Source: an uncultured Pseudomonadales bacterium
GTDB lineage: Bacteria; Patescibacteriota; Microgenomatia; UBA1400; UBA1396
NCBI GenBank assembly: GCA_964603945.1
Contig: CAZRWP010000002.1
Location: 123,880 to 187,879 of the forward strand
Direction: 5' to 3'
Length of the DNA: 64,000 bases
Shown: in pieces, positions 1 through 9,362 of the stretch
How positions within the stretch are numbered: position 1 is the first letter of the stretch
Layout of the letters: every line of letters starts with the position of its first letter
The notes under the pieces: model-generated
What the model was told of the DNA's origin: nothing
What the model saw: only the letters and a program-made list of their open reading frames with translations
Database searches by the model: none
Position numbers and translations under genes: made by a program

Positions 1-240
1 CCAATGCCAATTGTTGGCGCGAAAATTGCATAGGTTAATTGGGCAGCCTGAGCCCGCACCGTTGCCTCTCGTTCATCGACCGTAATTTTAGCTTTTGATC
101 TTACCAAAGCCATAAAGACCATACCCGTTAAGACACCCGCCCCGGCTAATAAATAACTATCCCGAGAAATGGCCAGGCCGACCATCGTGCCGACAAATAC
201 CGCTACGGCCACTCTTAACTGACGATATTTCTTGTTAGTC
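1..240 (-). CDS. hypothetical membrane protein, N-terminal part (continues past window start)
   Basis: ATG is the reverse complement of cat at 238-240. Translation MTNKKYRQLRVAVAVFVGTMVGLAISRDSYLLAGAGVLTGMV... is hydrophobic and the frame stays open to position 1. Confidence 0.4.
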
Positions 241-490
241 ATATATTTAGTGTAAGGCATTTCAGACAAAATGTCAAATATATATTACATTTAAATCAAT
301 TAGGTTATTAAGCTCACCATTTAATTAATTACTGAAAATGCAATCTGGATACCGCCCGCAACACTAATTATGATGGCAAATAGTTTGAAAACTATCGTTA
401 GAATAAGTATTTTCTTACCAGAACATTACGCCTTTATTAATAGTGGTTGATAAATAGTAGTCATGATGTTCTCATAGCGAAAGGAAATAT

Positions 491-637
491 ATGGGAATTA
501 TCGAACTGATTATCGGAATAATCATCTTTTTACTGCTGGCCAACGTCTTCTTGTCCTTAGTACCGATCCCGCGTGGCATTGCCGGCACCCTAATTACGCT
601 ACTTATTCTCTACTTAGTCTGGACGCTGGTATTTTGA
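491..637 (+). CDS. small hydrophobic membrane peptide (48 aa)
   Basis: ATG preceded by GAAAGGAAAT. Translation MGIIELIIGIIIFLLLANVFLSLVPIPRGIAGTLITLLILYLVWTLVF. Below the 60-aa ORF-track cutoff. Confidence 0.4.
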   Translation: MGIIELIIGIIIFLLLANVFLSLVPIPRGIAGTLITLLILYLVWTLVF

Positions 638-813
638 TCAACTAAGCTGAACTGAGTAGTTGATACCACAAATGGACCATCACTAAACTCATGACTAAAC
701 CCTGAGTAAAATTGACCAGATTAATCTTATCGTCTTGTTACTTGTTTTTGACTTAACTCATAAGGCGTCACATTAAACTTGTCTTAATATAAAACACGCC
801 AAAGGAGGTGTTT

Positions 814-981
814 ATGGCAAGAAAAGATCAGATAGATAGAGATAATATTGGGAATACCCCTGATGATATGAGACAGGATCCGGCCGAAACGGACATTGAC
901 ACCGATATGGATCCAATGGACAGCCCCAATATGGATCGACCGATGGATGATGACGATGAGATGGATGACATGAATCGATAG
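814..981 (+). CDS. small highly acidic protein (55 aa; D/M-rich)
   Basis: Strong SD AAAGGAGGTG lies 4 nt upstream of the ATG. Translation MARKDQIDRDNIGNTPDDMRQDPAETDIDTDMDPMDSPNMDRPMDDDDEMDDMNR, followed by a stem-loop. The listed minus-strand ORF 784..984 is judged an antisense artefact. Confidence 0.55.
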   Translation: MARKDQIDRDNIGNTPDDMRQDPAETDIDTDMDPMDSPNMDRPMDDDDEMDDMNR

Positions 982-1006
982 CATCTAGGTCTGACGCTAA
1001 ACCTTC

Positions 1007-1033
1007 AAGGCCTCCCTTCGGGGAGGCTTTGGA
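1007..1033 (+). terminator. stem-loop (CCTCCC-TTCG-GGGAGG), weak U tract
   Basis: aaggcctcccttcggggaggcttt lies immediately after the acidic small ORF and is also adjacent to the 3' end of pip on the other strand. Confidence 0.35.
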
Positions 1034-1106
1034 TTTGTGCGATAAATTGAAATTTCAAGTTTTATGGTTGAGATTAGTTGATAGTTTGCAAGGTTGAAGT
1101 GCCTAT

Positions 1107-2057
1107 TTAAGCGTAGCGCTTTAGGAAAGACTTGTAAGCAATGAACCTGGCCACTTCGCCGTCAGCGGTGAGTTTGTGGTTGCTGGTTGGCAGCATATAG
1201 GTTTCTACGTTATCTAAGCCTTTTTGTACCGCCCACATGGCCTCAGCCGGACAGAGGACATCGTAACGGCCATGCAGCAGAATCGCCGGAATTGACTTGA
1301 TCTTAGGCAGGTCGCGCAAAAGTTGATCAGGTTCCAAGAAGAAATTGTTAACCTGATAGTGCAGAAAAATTTTGACGCCAATAATATCCTCTTCGTCAAC
1401 CTCGTCGGGATGCAGATAGCTGATATCCGACTGAGCATTCATCAAGTTGTTTTCCCAGTTGGCGACGCCCGCCGTGATCTGGCGTTGAACTTCCAGTGAG
1501 CCTGTTAGGAGTTTGGCTAAGAGTTGTTTAGAAGCCTGGGCTGGTTCAATGGCCAATTGTTCTAGGAATGCCTGCCGTTTTTCCCAGACATCTGGAAATA
1601 AGCGCTCTACTCCACTGCCTGTGTTGGTGGAAAATGCCCAGGCGTCGTCGCGCGGCCTGGCGAGGAAGATACTGCTAAGCAGAAAGCCTTTGACTTTGTC
1701 TGGGTGAGCTTGGGCGTAAGCTAAAGCCAGGCCGCCGCCCCAACTACTGCCTGCGACAAACCAGCTGTCCAGTTTTAGCTCCGTTCTCAGCCGCTCCATG
1801 TCGGAAATAAGTGTGGGTAAAGTGTTATTGGCAAGTTCGCCGGCCGGTTCACTAAGACCGCAACCGCGCTGATCAAAGGTAATCACGTGGTATTTAGACA
1901 AATCAAACTCAGCCGCGTGTTTGGGCTTAGATTTAGAACCAGGACCGCCGTGCAGTCTGACCACGGCTGGGCCATCAGGATTGCCGTACTGAGAATAAAA
2001 TACTTTATGTCCGTCCTCTTCAGGTAAGTATCCGGTCTTAAATGATTGGGGATTCAT
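1107..2057 (-). CDS. pip: proline iminopeptidase (prolyl aminopeptidase, alpha/beta hydrolase S33)
   Basis: HGGPGS oxyanion motif and nucleophile elbow GSSWGG; length 316 aa; overall similarity to the Pip family. Confidence 0.85.
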   Translation of the reverse strand: MNPQSFKTGYLPEEDGHKVFYSQYGNPDGPAVVRLHGGPGSKSKPKHAAEFDLSKYHVITFDQRGCGLSEPAGELANNTLPTLISDMERLRTELKLDSWFVAGSSWGGGLALAYAQAHPDKVKGFLLSSIFLARPRDDAWAFSTNTGSGVERLFPDVWEKRQAFLEQLAIEPAQASKQLLAKLLTGSLEVQRQITAGVANWENNLMNAQSDISYLHPDEVDEEDIIGVKIFLHYQVNNFFLEPDQLLRDLPKIKSIPAILLHGRYDVLCPAEAMWAVQKGLDNVETYMLPTSNHKLTADGEVARFIAYKSFLKRYA

Positions 2058-2088
2058 GCCTGTAGTTTAGCAATTTCTAGAATTATGG

Positions 2089-2265
2089 CTAGATTTGCAG
2101 GCGCGACAAGATCTCGTAAACTACAAACCCAGGCCAAAAAATTGACTTAAAGATCCCCCAGAGAATCTCTGAAGCTCCGTTGGCGTACTGAAAGTTGTAG
2201 ACCAAGGCTCCCAAAAAGCCCATTCCATAAACCGGGTTTGGTGAACACGCGTTGATTTTAGACAT
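2089..2265 (-). CDS. small hydrophobic protein (58 aa), hypothetical
   Basis: ATG..TAG ORF MSKINACSPNPVYGMGFLGALVYNFQYANGASEILWGIFKSIFWPGFVVYEILSRLQI in the pip-guaA intergenic region. No strong SD, so speculative. Confidence 0.25.
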   Translation of the reverse strand: MSKINACSPNPVYGMGFLGALVYNFQYANGASEILWGIFKSIFWPGFVVYEILSRLQI

Positions 2266-2343
2266 AGATTTAGTATAGCAAAAATGGCTTTGGTGGCAAT
2301 AAAAAATACGTTAATGAAAATTTATATTACCATCGCAATTATT

Positions 2344-4215
2344 CTACTCCCACTCAGTTGTAGCTGGCGGCTTGCCAGTGAGGTCATAAGCAACTCGGCT
2401 AATACCAGGGACTTCCGCTAAGATCCGATCAACCATTTTATTAACAACATTTATTGAGATCTGTTTGCCTGGAGTAGCTGGAATTCCGGTCATAAAGTCA
2501 TTGGTGATAATGGTGCGGATCACGATAGTTCTTGAGCCAGGTTGATCAAAGCCGACCGGAATTAAAATGACAGGAGCTTGACTAATCTGGCGAATTTCGC
2601 CAGATTTAAGTAACTCTTGGGTGACAATATCATCCGCCCGTCTAAGTTGTTCAATTACTGGTGGTTGAAGTTTAGTTGGCGTGATCTCGGTAACTGGTTG
2701 AGTCAGAGTCGGACCAAACAAGTAGACCACGCGATTAAGCTGATGAATAGTTTTAGGCAATTTCTTGGCTAGTTCCATTAAGATAGGCCAGTCTGGTTTG
2801 CCGGAAATGGCGGCGGCGTAACTGTAGGTACGGCCGTCGCCTTGGACACCAACCGAACGGACCGGTAATAAGGAAATTTGATTATTATTGGTAGCAAATT
2901 TTTTCAATTCTTGATCAATCTTGTCAAAATCTGGGGTGATATAAGGTTCATCAGCACACAGAATTCGGATGGCTAAGCCGGGTCCTGGAAATGGATGGCG
3001 CCAAACAATTTCAGCGGGCAAACCAAGTTGCTCGCCTAGAATGCGCACCTCGTCTTTATGATAATCCGCTAAAGGTTCAATAATTTTTCCTTGACTTCGC
3101 AGTTGGCGGACAGTTGAGGTATCGTTGTGGTGAGTTTTGATTACTTCTGCCTTGCTGGTTACACCGCTTGACGCACTCTCGATCAAATCCGGACGCAAAG
3201 TACCTTGAACCAAAAAAGTATTGTCAGTTGGAAGGTTGAGCCTTTTGACTTCCCGCTCAGTAATTTTCATAAAGGTGTCGCCAATGATGTTGCGCTTCTC
3301 TTCTGGGTTAATAGTCTGATCTAAGCGGGCGGTTTGTTTTCCGTTTAAAGTGGTTTGAGCAGACAGAAAATCTTGAGTGGCATCCACAACCGTTAGCTTT
3401 AAGCCAAATTGCTTGAGTGATTTGCTAACAGCTGAGCTTTCATTTTGGCGCATGAAGCCAGTATCAATATGCAAAGCAAACACTCGGTCGGCACCAATTG
3501 CTTTAGTCACTAATGCTGCCGCTACCGTTGAGTCCACGCCTCCGCTTACTAAAACTAAGGCAGTACCGTCACCAACCTTGGATTTAATTTCCTTGATTGC
3601 CTGTTGAACGCGGTCTTCCATGGTGTAATTGGGTTGAAGCTTAGCAACTTTAAATAGGAAGTTTGACAGTATCTCTTTTCCGTACTTAGTTAAGTCAACT
3701 TCTGGATGAAATTGGACTCCATACCATGGGTATATATTGTGTTCAATACCGGAAATAAGATCGTTAGACATCGCAATAACTCTAAAATTATAGGCTACTT
3801 TATTTACTGTGTCACCATGCGTTAATAAAACTTCTTGGGTTGGTGGCAGTGAGTCAAATATTAATGAGTCAGCAGTAGTTTTAATTTGAAAAACGCCATC
3901 TTCTCTCTGCTCTTTCCGCTCCACCGTTCCGCCATGAACATAATTCATCAGTTGCATACCAAAACAAATACCCAGAATTGGTTTATCCAGTTTTAATAAC
4001 TCCGGATCATATTTGGGAACGCTGGCACTGTAGACACTTTCCGGACCACCAGAAATAATAATTGCTCCAAATTTGATGAGTTCAGTTATTGGAGTATCTA
4101 GGGGCAAGATTACTGATTCCACCGCTAAATCTCTTATCCGGCGGTCAATTACTTTGGCATACTGAGCACCGGCATCCAAAATAGCTACTTGGAATTGTTT
4201 ATTCGAATCAGACAT
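2344..4215 (-). CDS. guaA: GMP synthase (glutamine-hydrolysing), long eukaryote-type form
   Basis: N-terminal class-I GATase (GICFGMQ, HPE). ATP-PPase P-loop SGGVDS. C-terminal bipartite dimerisation domain (GDGRTYSY...NRVVYLFGP...IRTIITNDFMTGIPATPG...GISRVAYDLTGKPPATTEWE). Length 623 aa versus about 515 for typical bacterial GuaA. Confidence 0.9.
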   Translation of the reverse strand: MSDSNKQFQVAILDAGAQYAKVIDRRIRDLAVESVILPLDTPITELIKFGAIIISGGPESVYSASVPKYDPELLKLDKPILGICFGMQLMNYVHGGTVERKEQREDGVFQIKTTADSLIFDSLPPTQEVLLTHGDTVNKVAYNFRVIAMSNDLISGIEHNIYPWYGVQFHPEVDLTKYGKEILSNFLFKVAKLQPNYTMEDRVQQAIKEIKSKVGDGTALVLVSGGVDSTVAAALVTKAIGADRVFALHIDTGFMRQNESSAVSKSLKQFGLKLTVVDATQDFLSAQTTLNGKQTARLDQTINPEEKRNIIGDTFMKITEREVKRLNLPTDNTFLVQGTLRPDLIESASSGVTSKAEVIKTHHNDTSTVRQLRSQGKIIEPLADYHKDEVRILGEQLGLPAEIVWRHPFPGPGLAIRILCADEPYITPDFDKIDQELKKFATNNNQISLLPVRSVGVQGDGRTYSYAAAISGKPDWPILMELAKKLPKTIHQLNRVVYLFGPTLTQPVTEITPTKLQPPVIEQLRRADDIVTQELLKSGEIRQISQAPVILIPVGFDQPGSRTIVIRTIITNDFMTGIPATPGKQISINVVNKMVDRILAEVPGISRVAYDLTGKPPATTEWE

Positions 4216-4870
4216 CTGCGCTTATTCCTTGTACTGTTCCTTGGTTGTAACGTTCAGATTTAACTTGCTCCTGCAAGATGATCTCACCTGTTTTGGAGAT
4301 TGATTCTATTCTCATTAAAGAAAAGACCGGAACACCGGTTTCTTGTTGAATTTGCTCTACCCCTTTTTGCCAAACTTTGTCGAATATAATTGCCAAGCCA
4401 ACAATTTCCGCTTTTTTAGCTTGCAAAGCCTTAATGGCGGCAATTGCTGTTGTGCCATGCGCCACGACGTCGTCAACTAAAAGCAGTCTCATACCAGGTT
4501 TAACAAAGCCAATTTGGCTCACCACTTCGTCCTGGTCAGTTGTAAAGGAACTATTTTTAAAAGTAACAACTGATTCCCAAGATCCGGGAGCGGTGATAGT
4601 TCTTTTGGATGGCAGTATTTTTTTAACCCGAAGCATGTCGGCTACCATCGACACTAAGCGTGAGCCGGCGTCCGGCAGACCGACAATTGCCTCGATGCGT
4701 GGTTCTTCAATATAATGCTCAGCCCAACAGCGTGAAACTAGTGATAGTAGATCAGGATCTAGCGCCAAATTGAAAGGCGTAGCCTTGATATAACCTTTCT
4801 CAATGTCTTGAACTTGTGACAAATTTTTAAACTCGCGTCGTAAAATGGAAAGGGAATTAGATGCATTCAT
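4208..4870 (-). CDS. type I phosphoribosyltransferase (purine/adenine PRTase-like)
   Basis: PRPP-binding motif LLLVDDVVAHGTTAIAAI. The ORF overlaps guaA by 8 nt, suggesting an operon. Confidence 0.6.
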   Translation of the reverse strand: MNASNSLSILRREFKNLSQVQDIEKGYIKATPFNLALDPDLLSLVSRCWAEHYIEEPRIEAIVGLPDAGSRLVSMVADMLRVKKILPSKRTITAPGSWESVVTFKNSSFTTDQDEVVSQIGFVKPGMRLLLVDDVVAHGTTAIAAIKALQAKKAEIVGLAIIFDKVWQKGVEQIQQETGVPVFSLMRIESISKTGEIILQEQVKSERYNQGTVQGISADV

Positions 4871-5124
4871 AAAAATATCTTTCTGATTTTTTCCTTAATG
4901 AAACACTGCTTGAGGCCGAGACCTAGATCGAGACTGGAGCTGATGATTTATAGTTTGGCTAATGTTAGAGGTCGCGCCGTGAGAAAACTGAGTTGTAAAA
5001 TCTAAAATTTGGCTGAATGCGAGCTCAGCTAATGACATGGTTAGAGAGATCATAAAGAGAATCCGACCAAGAAGCAAGCAATTGCTAAGAGGTAGGTGAT
5101 GACTATTAAAACTTAAGCGGATAT

Positions 5125-5715
5125 CTACACTTTAAGCGCGCCACGCCAGCCCCGGGAGCTGTAGTAAGAGTCAGCTCCGTTATGGTAGACAAAGACGTGG
5201 TCATAGCGACGATCGGCAAAGAGCGCACCACCGAGCTTCCGAATTTCTGGCGGCGTAATTATCCAGGTGGATGTTTTAAGATCAAATTCACCTAATGTTT
5301 GTAGGTGGCGGTATTCGGACTCATTTAAAAGAGTTATGCCCATGGCCGCCGCCATGTCCAGCGCATTATTTTTGGGTGGATATTTTTTGCGTCCTGCTTG
5401 CGCTTCACGGTCATAACAAACGTTGCGGCGGCCGGCCGGAGTTTCAGCACTGCAATCATAAAAAATTAAATCTTTGGTTTTTTTATCCTGCCCCACCACA
5501 TCCGGCTCGCCGCCGGTATTTTCCATTTCATTAAGTGACCAAAGTTTTTGGGGATTAGTCTCAAGTTTTGCCCGAACTTTATCCCAGGACAGATTGGGGT
5601 GCCGATTTGGATTATCATCAAAGCGCGTTTGCAGTGTACTCAAAAGTTCTTCTTGCTCAGTCGATGACAACTTATTTTTAGATCCGGTTTGGGGTGAGGA
5701 TTTTTTGTCTGCCAT
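5125..5715 (-). CDS. DUF4256 family protein
   Basis: Conserved blocks LWSLNEMENTGGEPDVVG, FYDCSAE.P.GRR.VCYDREA, IRKLGGA.F.DRRYDHVFVYHNGA.SYY are recognised from the DUF4256 family. Confidence 0.55.
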   Translation of the reverse strand: MADKKSSPQTGSKNKLSSTEQEELLSTLQTRFDDNPNRHPNLSWDKVRAKLETNPQKLWSLNEMENTGGEPDVVGQDKKTKDLIFYDCSAETPAGRRNVCYDREAQAGRKKYPPKNNALDMAAAMGITLLNESEYRHLQTLGEFDLKTSTWIITPPEIRKLGGALFADRRYDHVFVYHNGADSYYSSRGWRGALKV

Positions 5716-5773
5716 ATAAGTGGTTAAGCATTATAGCGGGCGAATGTTTGGGTTAATGGAAGAAATTTGTAAG

Positions 5774-6205
5774 TTAAACTAGATTCCTCTTTCGATCCGA
5801 CTCTAAAATTAACTCAGCCACTAGCGGTGATATCACTAGTGACAGCAACACAAAAATCCATGTTTCGCCTTGCCAAAAATAGTAAGTCTTTAAAACTTCC
5901 TCAAAACTTAACTGCCGGACAAACATATTCATAAAGGTTTCAAACATAACGGTAAGCAGGATCCAGATGAGTCCGGCATTTACCAAGTCTTGGCGAGTAT
6001 ATTCACTCATCGTCCGCTTCAAAAAGATATATATGGCTGAAAAGAAAAGCAATATGGCCGTAACCGAGCTGATCTGGTGTGCCCAGTTGCCTATATAAGG
6101 AGTCAGCCAAGGCTTGTAGGTCAGTTCCCTAGTAATGGCATTGATAAAAGCTAGCACCAGTAAGACAAGCCAAAACAAGATCGCTTGTTTGTAAAAAGGT
6201 TTCAT
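5774..6205 (-). CDS. hypothetical integral membrane protein (about 4 TM)
   Basis: Hydrophobic segments throughout; no recognisable motif. Confidence 0.45.
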   Translation of the reverse strand: MKPFYKQAILFWLVLLVLAFINAITRELTYKPWLTPYIGNWAHQISSVTAILLFFSAIYIFLKRTMSEYTRQDLVNAGLIWILLTVMFETFMNMFVRQLSFEEVLKTYYFWQGETWIFVLLSLVISPLVAELILESDRKRNLV

Positions 6206-6243
6206 TTTATGACTAAATTATAACGCTTTTAGTTGGAAGAAAA

Positions 6244-6777
6244 TCAATTTATCTTTTTACTTTTCCGCCACCCGTAACCAAAAACAACAGCAAACGCCAG
6301 ACTCACCACGGGATACCAATAACTTAAGGCTCCTACCGCAAATCCAAATAGAAAAGCAAAAGATAATATGACCGATGTTATTAGCATCACATGATAGGAG
6401 CGGTGTGCGGTATCACGATCAACCTCTTGCCAATCCGGAGTGAGATCCGGACCTACTCGTGATTCAGGCACATGCCCAATTACTTCATATTTGGTAATAA
6501 TTAACAAAATCGGTGACCAGCGTGCCCGAATGATGTCGCCACGTCTTACAGGTGTATGCACTTGGCTATCTGGAATGGAAAGTGAGCGATCCCAACGCTC
6601 GGGCGTGAGATAGGTTTGGCTGTAATCTTCCTGGCTATAGTCCAGCAACCCCAGCTTGGCCGGTTCAGGATCGTCCACACCGGCAATCGTAAATTCATCG
6701 GTAAATTGATACATCATGATCAGTGCCCGGATGATTTTGGCGGCAATTCGGAGAGCTAGTTCTTGGGCGATAGTCAT
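6244..6777 (-). CDS. hypothetical protein with C-terminal TM segments
   Basis: ORF with hydrophobic C-terminus (VILSFAFLFGFAVGALSYWYPVVSLAFAVVFGYGW); no recognisable motif. Confidence 0.4.
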   Translation of the reverse strand: MTIAQELALRIAAKIIRALIMMYQFTDEFTIAGVDDPEPAKLGLLDYSQEDYSQTYLTPERWDRSLSIPDSQVHTPVRRGDIIRARWSPILLIITKYEVIGHVPESRVGPDLTPDWQEVDRDTAHRSYHVMLITSVILSFAFLFGFAVGALSYWYPVVSLAFAVVFGYGWRKSKKIN

Positions 6778-6787
6778 GGGATTATAT

Positions 6788-7768
6788 TTATAAACTTTTT
6801 GCCAGATCCAAGAGACTTTCAGATTGTTGATGCCAATCTTTAGTTTCTTGACTATTATCTCCCTGGGATATCAACTGAGAAGTTTTTAAATAATAGGCGG
6901 CGTAAGATGCTCGAATTAGCACGGGGAGTGAATCAATTTCAGCGGAAGAAAGCGGATGAAAATCCAGATAAACGTCAATAACCTCCGTCATTATTTGTGA
7001 ACGGTTGTGCCAATTATCTTCACTTAAACAAAACCAAGCTAAATAGGTAGATAAATCAACGACTTTTAAATCATGACTCATGCAACCAAAATCTAAAATA
7101 CAATACTGTCCCGCTAAATTACGCAAAACATGTTTGCGTTGCATATCGCCGTGAATGACACTTTTAGAAAAATTGCTGGTGTCAAGGTTGCGTAATTCGT
7201 TATCCACGATAGCCACTTTTTCTTTAACTATGAGGGATATATCTGCCGAGGAAGCATCAAATTCTTTAGCAAGATTTTTGTTCCCCCAATCATCGTAAGC
7301 TTCTGTCACCGGAAAAGTTAGGGTATTTAAACGGGCTAAGTACTCAGAAATTTCTTTCATTTCTTCAAGCTGAGGGGTGCGGTATTTATAATCTTCTCCA
7401 TTCCAAAAACGTGTTAAGTAATAAGGGATGGCGGTTAAATCATGATACTGACTGAAGTAGTCACCATGAGAATTAGGAATTAACTCAAGCACCGGCACAC
7501 CTACCTTAGGAGCTTCAACTAGGATCTTAATCAAGTCGGATATGTTTTCTTTTTGCCGATTTGATTCAAAAATCTTGAGTACATAATTGCCGTTTTCACA
7601 AATGAGGACAAAGTTAGCTGCTTCGTACCCTTCAACAATTGGCTTGACCGATTGAATAGCTCCAATCTTTGAGTAAGTGCTAATTAGCGAATTTAAAAAG
7701 TCGGAAAATGATGCCGTTAGCGCGGTTCGGCGTAGGAGCTGATCAACTTCTTTGCTATTAGCAAACAT
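6788..7768 (-). CDS. phosphotransferase family protein (APH/choline-kinase-like protein kinase fold)
   Basis: Catalytic loop HGDMQRKHVLRN (HGD..N) and ILDFGCMSHD (DFG-like); about 326 aa. Confidence 0.6.
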   Translation of the reverse strand: MFANSKEVDQLLRRTALTASFSDFLNSLISTYSKIGAIQSVKPIVEGYEAANFVLICENGNYVLKIFESNRQKENISDLIKILVEAPKVGVPVLELIPNSHGDYFSQYHDLTAIPYYLTRFWNGEDYKYRTPQLEEMKEISEYLARLNTLTFPVTEAYDDWGNKNLAKEFDASSADISLIVKEKVAIVDNELRNLDTSNFSKSVIHGDMQRKHVLRNLAGQYCILDFGCMSHDLKVVDLSTYLAWFCLSEDNWHNRSQIMTEVIDVYLDFHPLSSAEIDSLPVLIRASYAAYYLKTSQLISQGDNSQETKDWHQQSESLLDLAKSL

Positions 7769-7974
7769 AATTGAAGTTTAGCATTAACTTTTCAATAATT
7801 ATCGTTATGTTATCAATAATAATAAAATATAAGAATAATAATCCAAAGAATTTTGATTGATAATTTATATTGCATCGTTTTTATAGTATTGATAGTATAT
7901 CCCCTATTTATCATCTAAATCTATACTAATTGTTCTCAGCAAGATATAATTACGAAAATAATTAACGGATATAT

Positions 7975-8823
7975 ATGAGCAAAAAGGTAAAAACATCCGA
8001 AGCTAAGAATTATGAATCCAAAAAGTTAAGAAATGTTCCTGATGATGAAAATTCTATGGGCAAACCTTTCTTCAAAAGTCTTTATTCACTTTGGCTAATA
8101 TCTATTGTTATTTTTTTTGTATCTTTATTGATTGTGCAAACTGATAAACAAACAAATATTTGGTGGCAATTAATAGCACTTTCAGTAATAAGCGGCTTCT
8201 TATTTTTCATCGCATTAATAAGGCAACTTGATCGAAACTCTAGAAGTGAGAGTTGCTCACGCTTTAGGTATCTTTCTGTAGCTACTTTTATAGCCTTTTT
8301 TGTATTGCTCTTTAATTTTTCAGATGTGGCGGCAATGTTGGGATTTACAAACTCTAGCAACATTGAAAGCACAAGCCAAAATAAGCAAGTTGTCCCGTCA
8401 TCAAAACCATCTCCCAAGTCAACTTATAAGCCGATATCATCCACCCTTCCTAAGCCTGTGCCAAAAGTTTCGCAACCAGTTAATACAAATAGCAGTTCAT
8501 CAAGTCAAATTGACTGTACGGGACCTGATGGCAAGGTGTTTAAGACATCGCAAAAAGAATGTGATGACTTTAATAAGGCTTGGGGAAATGCACCACCTCC
8601 AGATCCGAATGAGGTCATTAAATGCGGTATCCATACTAATTGTGGAGGCGGATATAAAGAGATGAGAAGAGCTGATTGTGAAAAAATATTATGCTGCTCC
8701 TTGTCGAGTGGAAATATTATGACTTCAAAAAAAGATTGTAATGATAAACAAGAGCAAGAATGTATCGAAACTTCTATGGATTATGGTCTCTCCATAAGTG
8801 ATGCCATCGATGTGTGTGACTAG
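7975..8823 (+). CDS. secreted/membrane-anchored Cys-rich protein (paralog of 27259..27957)
   Basis: N-terminal TM segments, S/P-rich linker, then a Cys-rich domain. The shared module QIDCTGPDGKVFKTSQKECDDFNKAW matches QITCTGPDGKQFQTTQKVCDEFNAAW in 27259..27957. Confidence 0.5.
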   Translation: MSKKVKTSEAKNYESKKLRNVPDDENSMGKPFFKSLYSLWLISIVIFFVSLLIVQTDKQTNIWWQLIALSVISGFLFFIALIRQLDRNSRSESCSRFRYLSVATFIAFFVLLFNFSDVAAMLGFTNSSNIESTSQNKQVVPSSKPSPKSTYKPISSTLPKPVPKVSQPVNTNSSSSSQIDCTGPDGKVFKTSQKECDDFNKAWGNAPPPDPNEVIKCGIHTNCGGGYKEMRRADCEKILCCSLSSGNIMTSKKDCNDKQEQECIETSMDYGLSISDAIDVCD

Positions 8824-8958
8824 TAGGTTGCCAAGTTAGATATTAATCAAAATAAAATGTACCCTCAATCCATTGCCATTGTCTCCTTCTTTGACAATTT
8901 GATGTAGTAGCGTATAGTAAGTAAAGCGAGGAAAGAACCTCGCTTAATTTAGGAGCTT

Positions 8959-9315
8959 ATGGCAAAACTAAAGTTTGTGACTTTGCAAAAAATAGCCGCT
9001 CTGGCAATCAATCTAAGCTTCCTACTGCAAAATATCCTATCCCCCCTTGCGTTTTTAAGTCTGGCCAAGCCAGTTATGGCTGGGAAACTTTCAGACGTAG
9101 AAGTATCTCTCAAGCTTGATCAGAAAAAACATGAATTTGAGCTGGAATTAATTAATATTACTTCAGCTGAATATGATTTGAATTATCACTATGTTGAAGG
9201 CGATGTTATTGAAAATATTCATGACGAGCAAACCAGTGACGCTGATAAGAAAATTAGGAAAAATACTATGCTGGTGCTGAAAGTGGTGACTCAAAAATTC
9301 CATTTACCGTTTTAG
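8959..9315 (+). CDS. probable N-terminal (signal-peptide) fragment of the giant surface protein, split by an apparent frameshift
   Basis: Hydrophobic N-terminus IAALAINLSFLLQNILSPLAFLSLAKPVMA. The downstream giant ORF frame is open from 9258 and overlaps this ORF. An A5 run at 9259-9263 is the junction. Confidence 0.45.
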   Translation: MAKLKFVTLQKIAALAINLSFLLQNILSPLAFLSLAKPVMAGKLSDVEVSLKLDQKKHEFELELINITSAEYDLNYHYVEGDVIENIHDEQTSDADKKIRKNTMLVLKVVTQKFHLPF

Positions 9316-9362
9316 ATGGTGAACTCATAATTAAAGCAATTTCTTTAGATAACCAAACCTGG

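Noticed and set aside
784-984. Minus-strand 66-aa ORF from the track
   Set aside because: The plus strand has a perfect SD + ATG small acidic ORF (814..981) and a terminator. The minus ORF is its antisense shadow with odd His/Ile-rich composition and no RBS.
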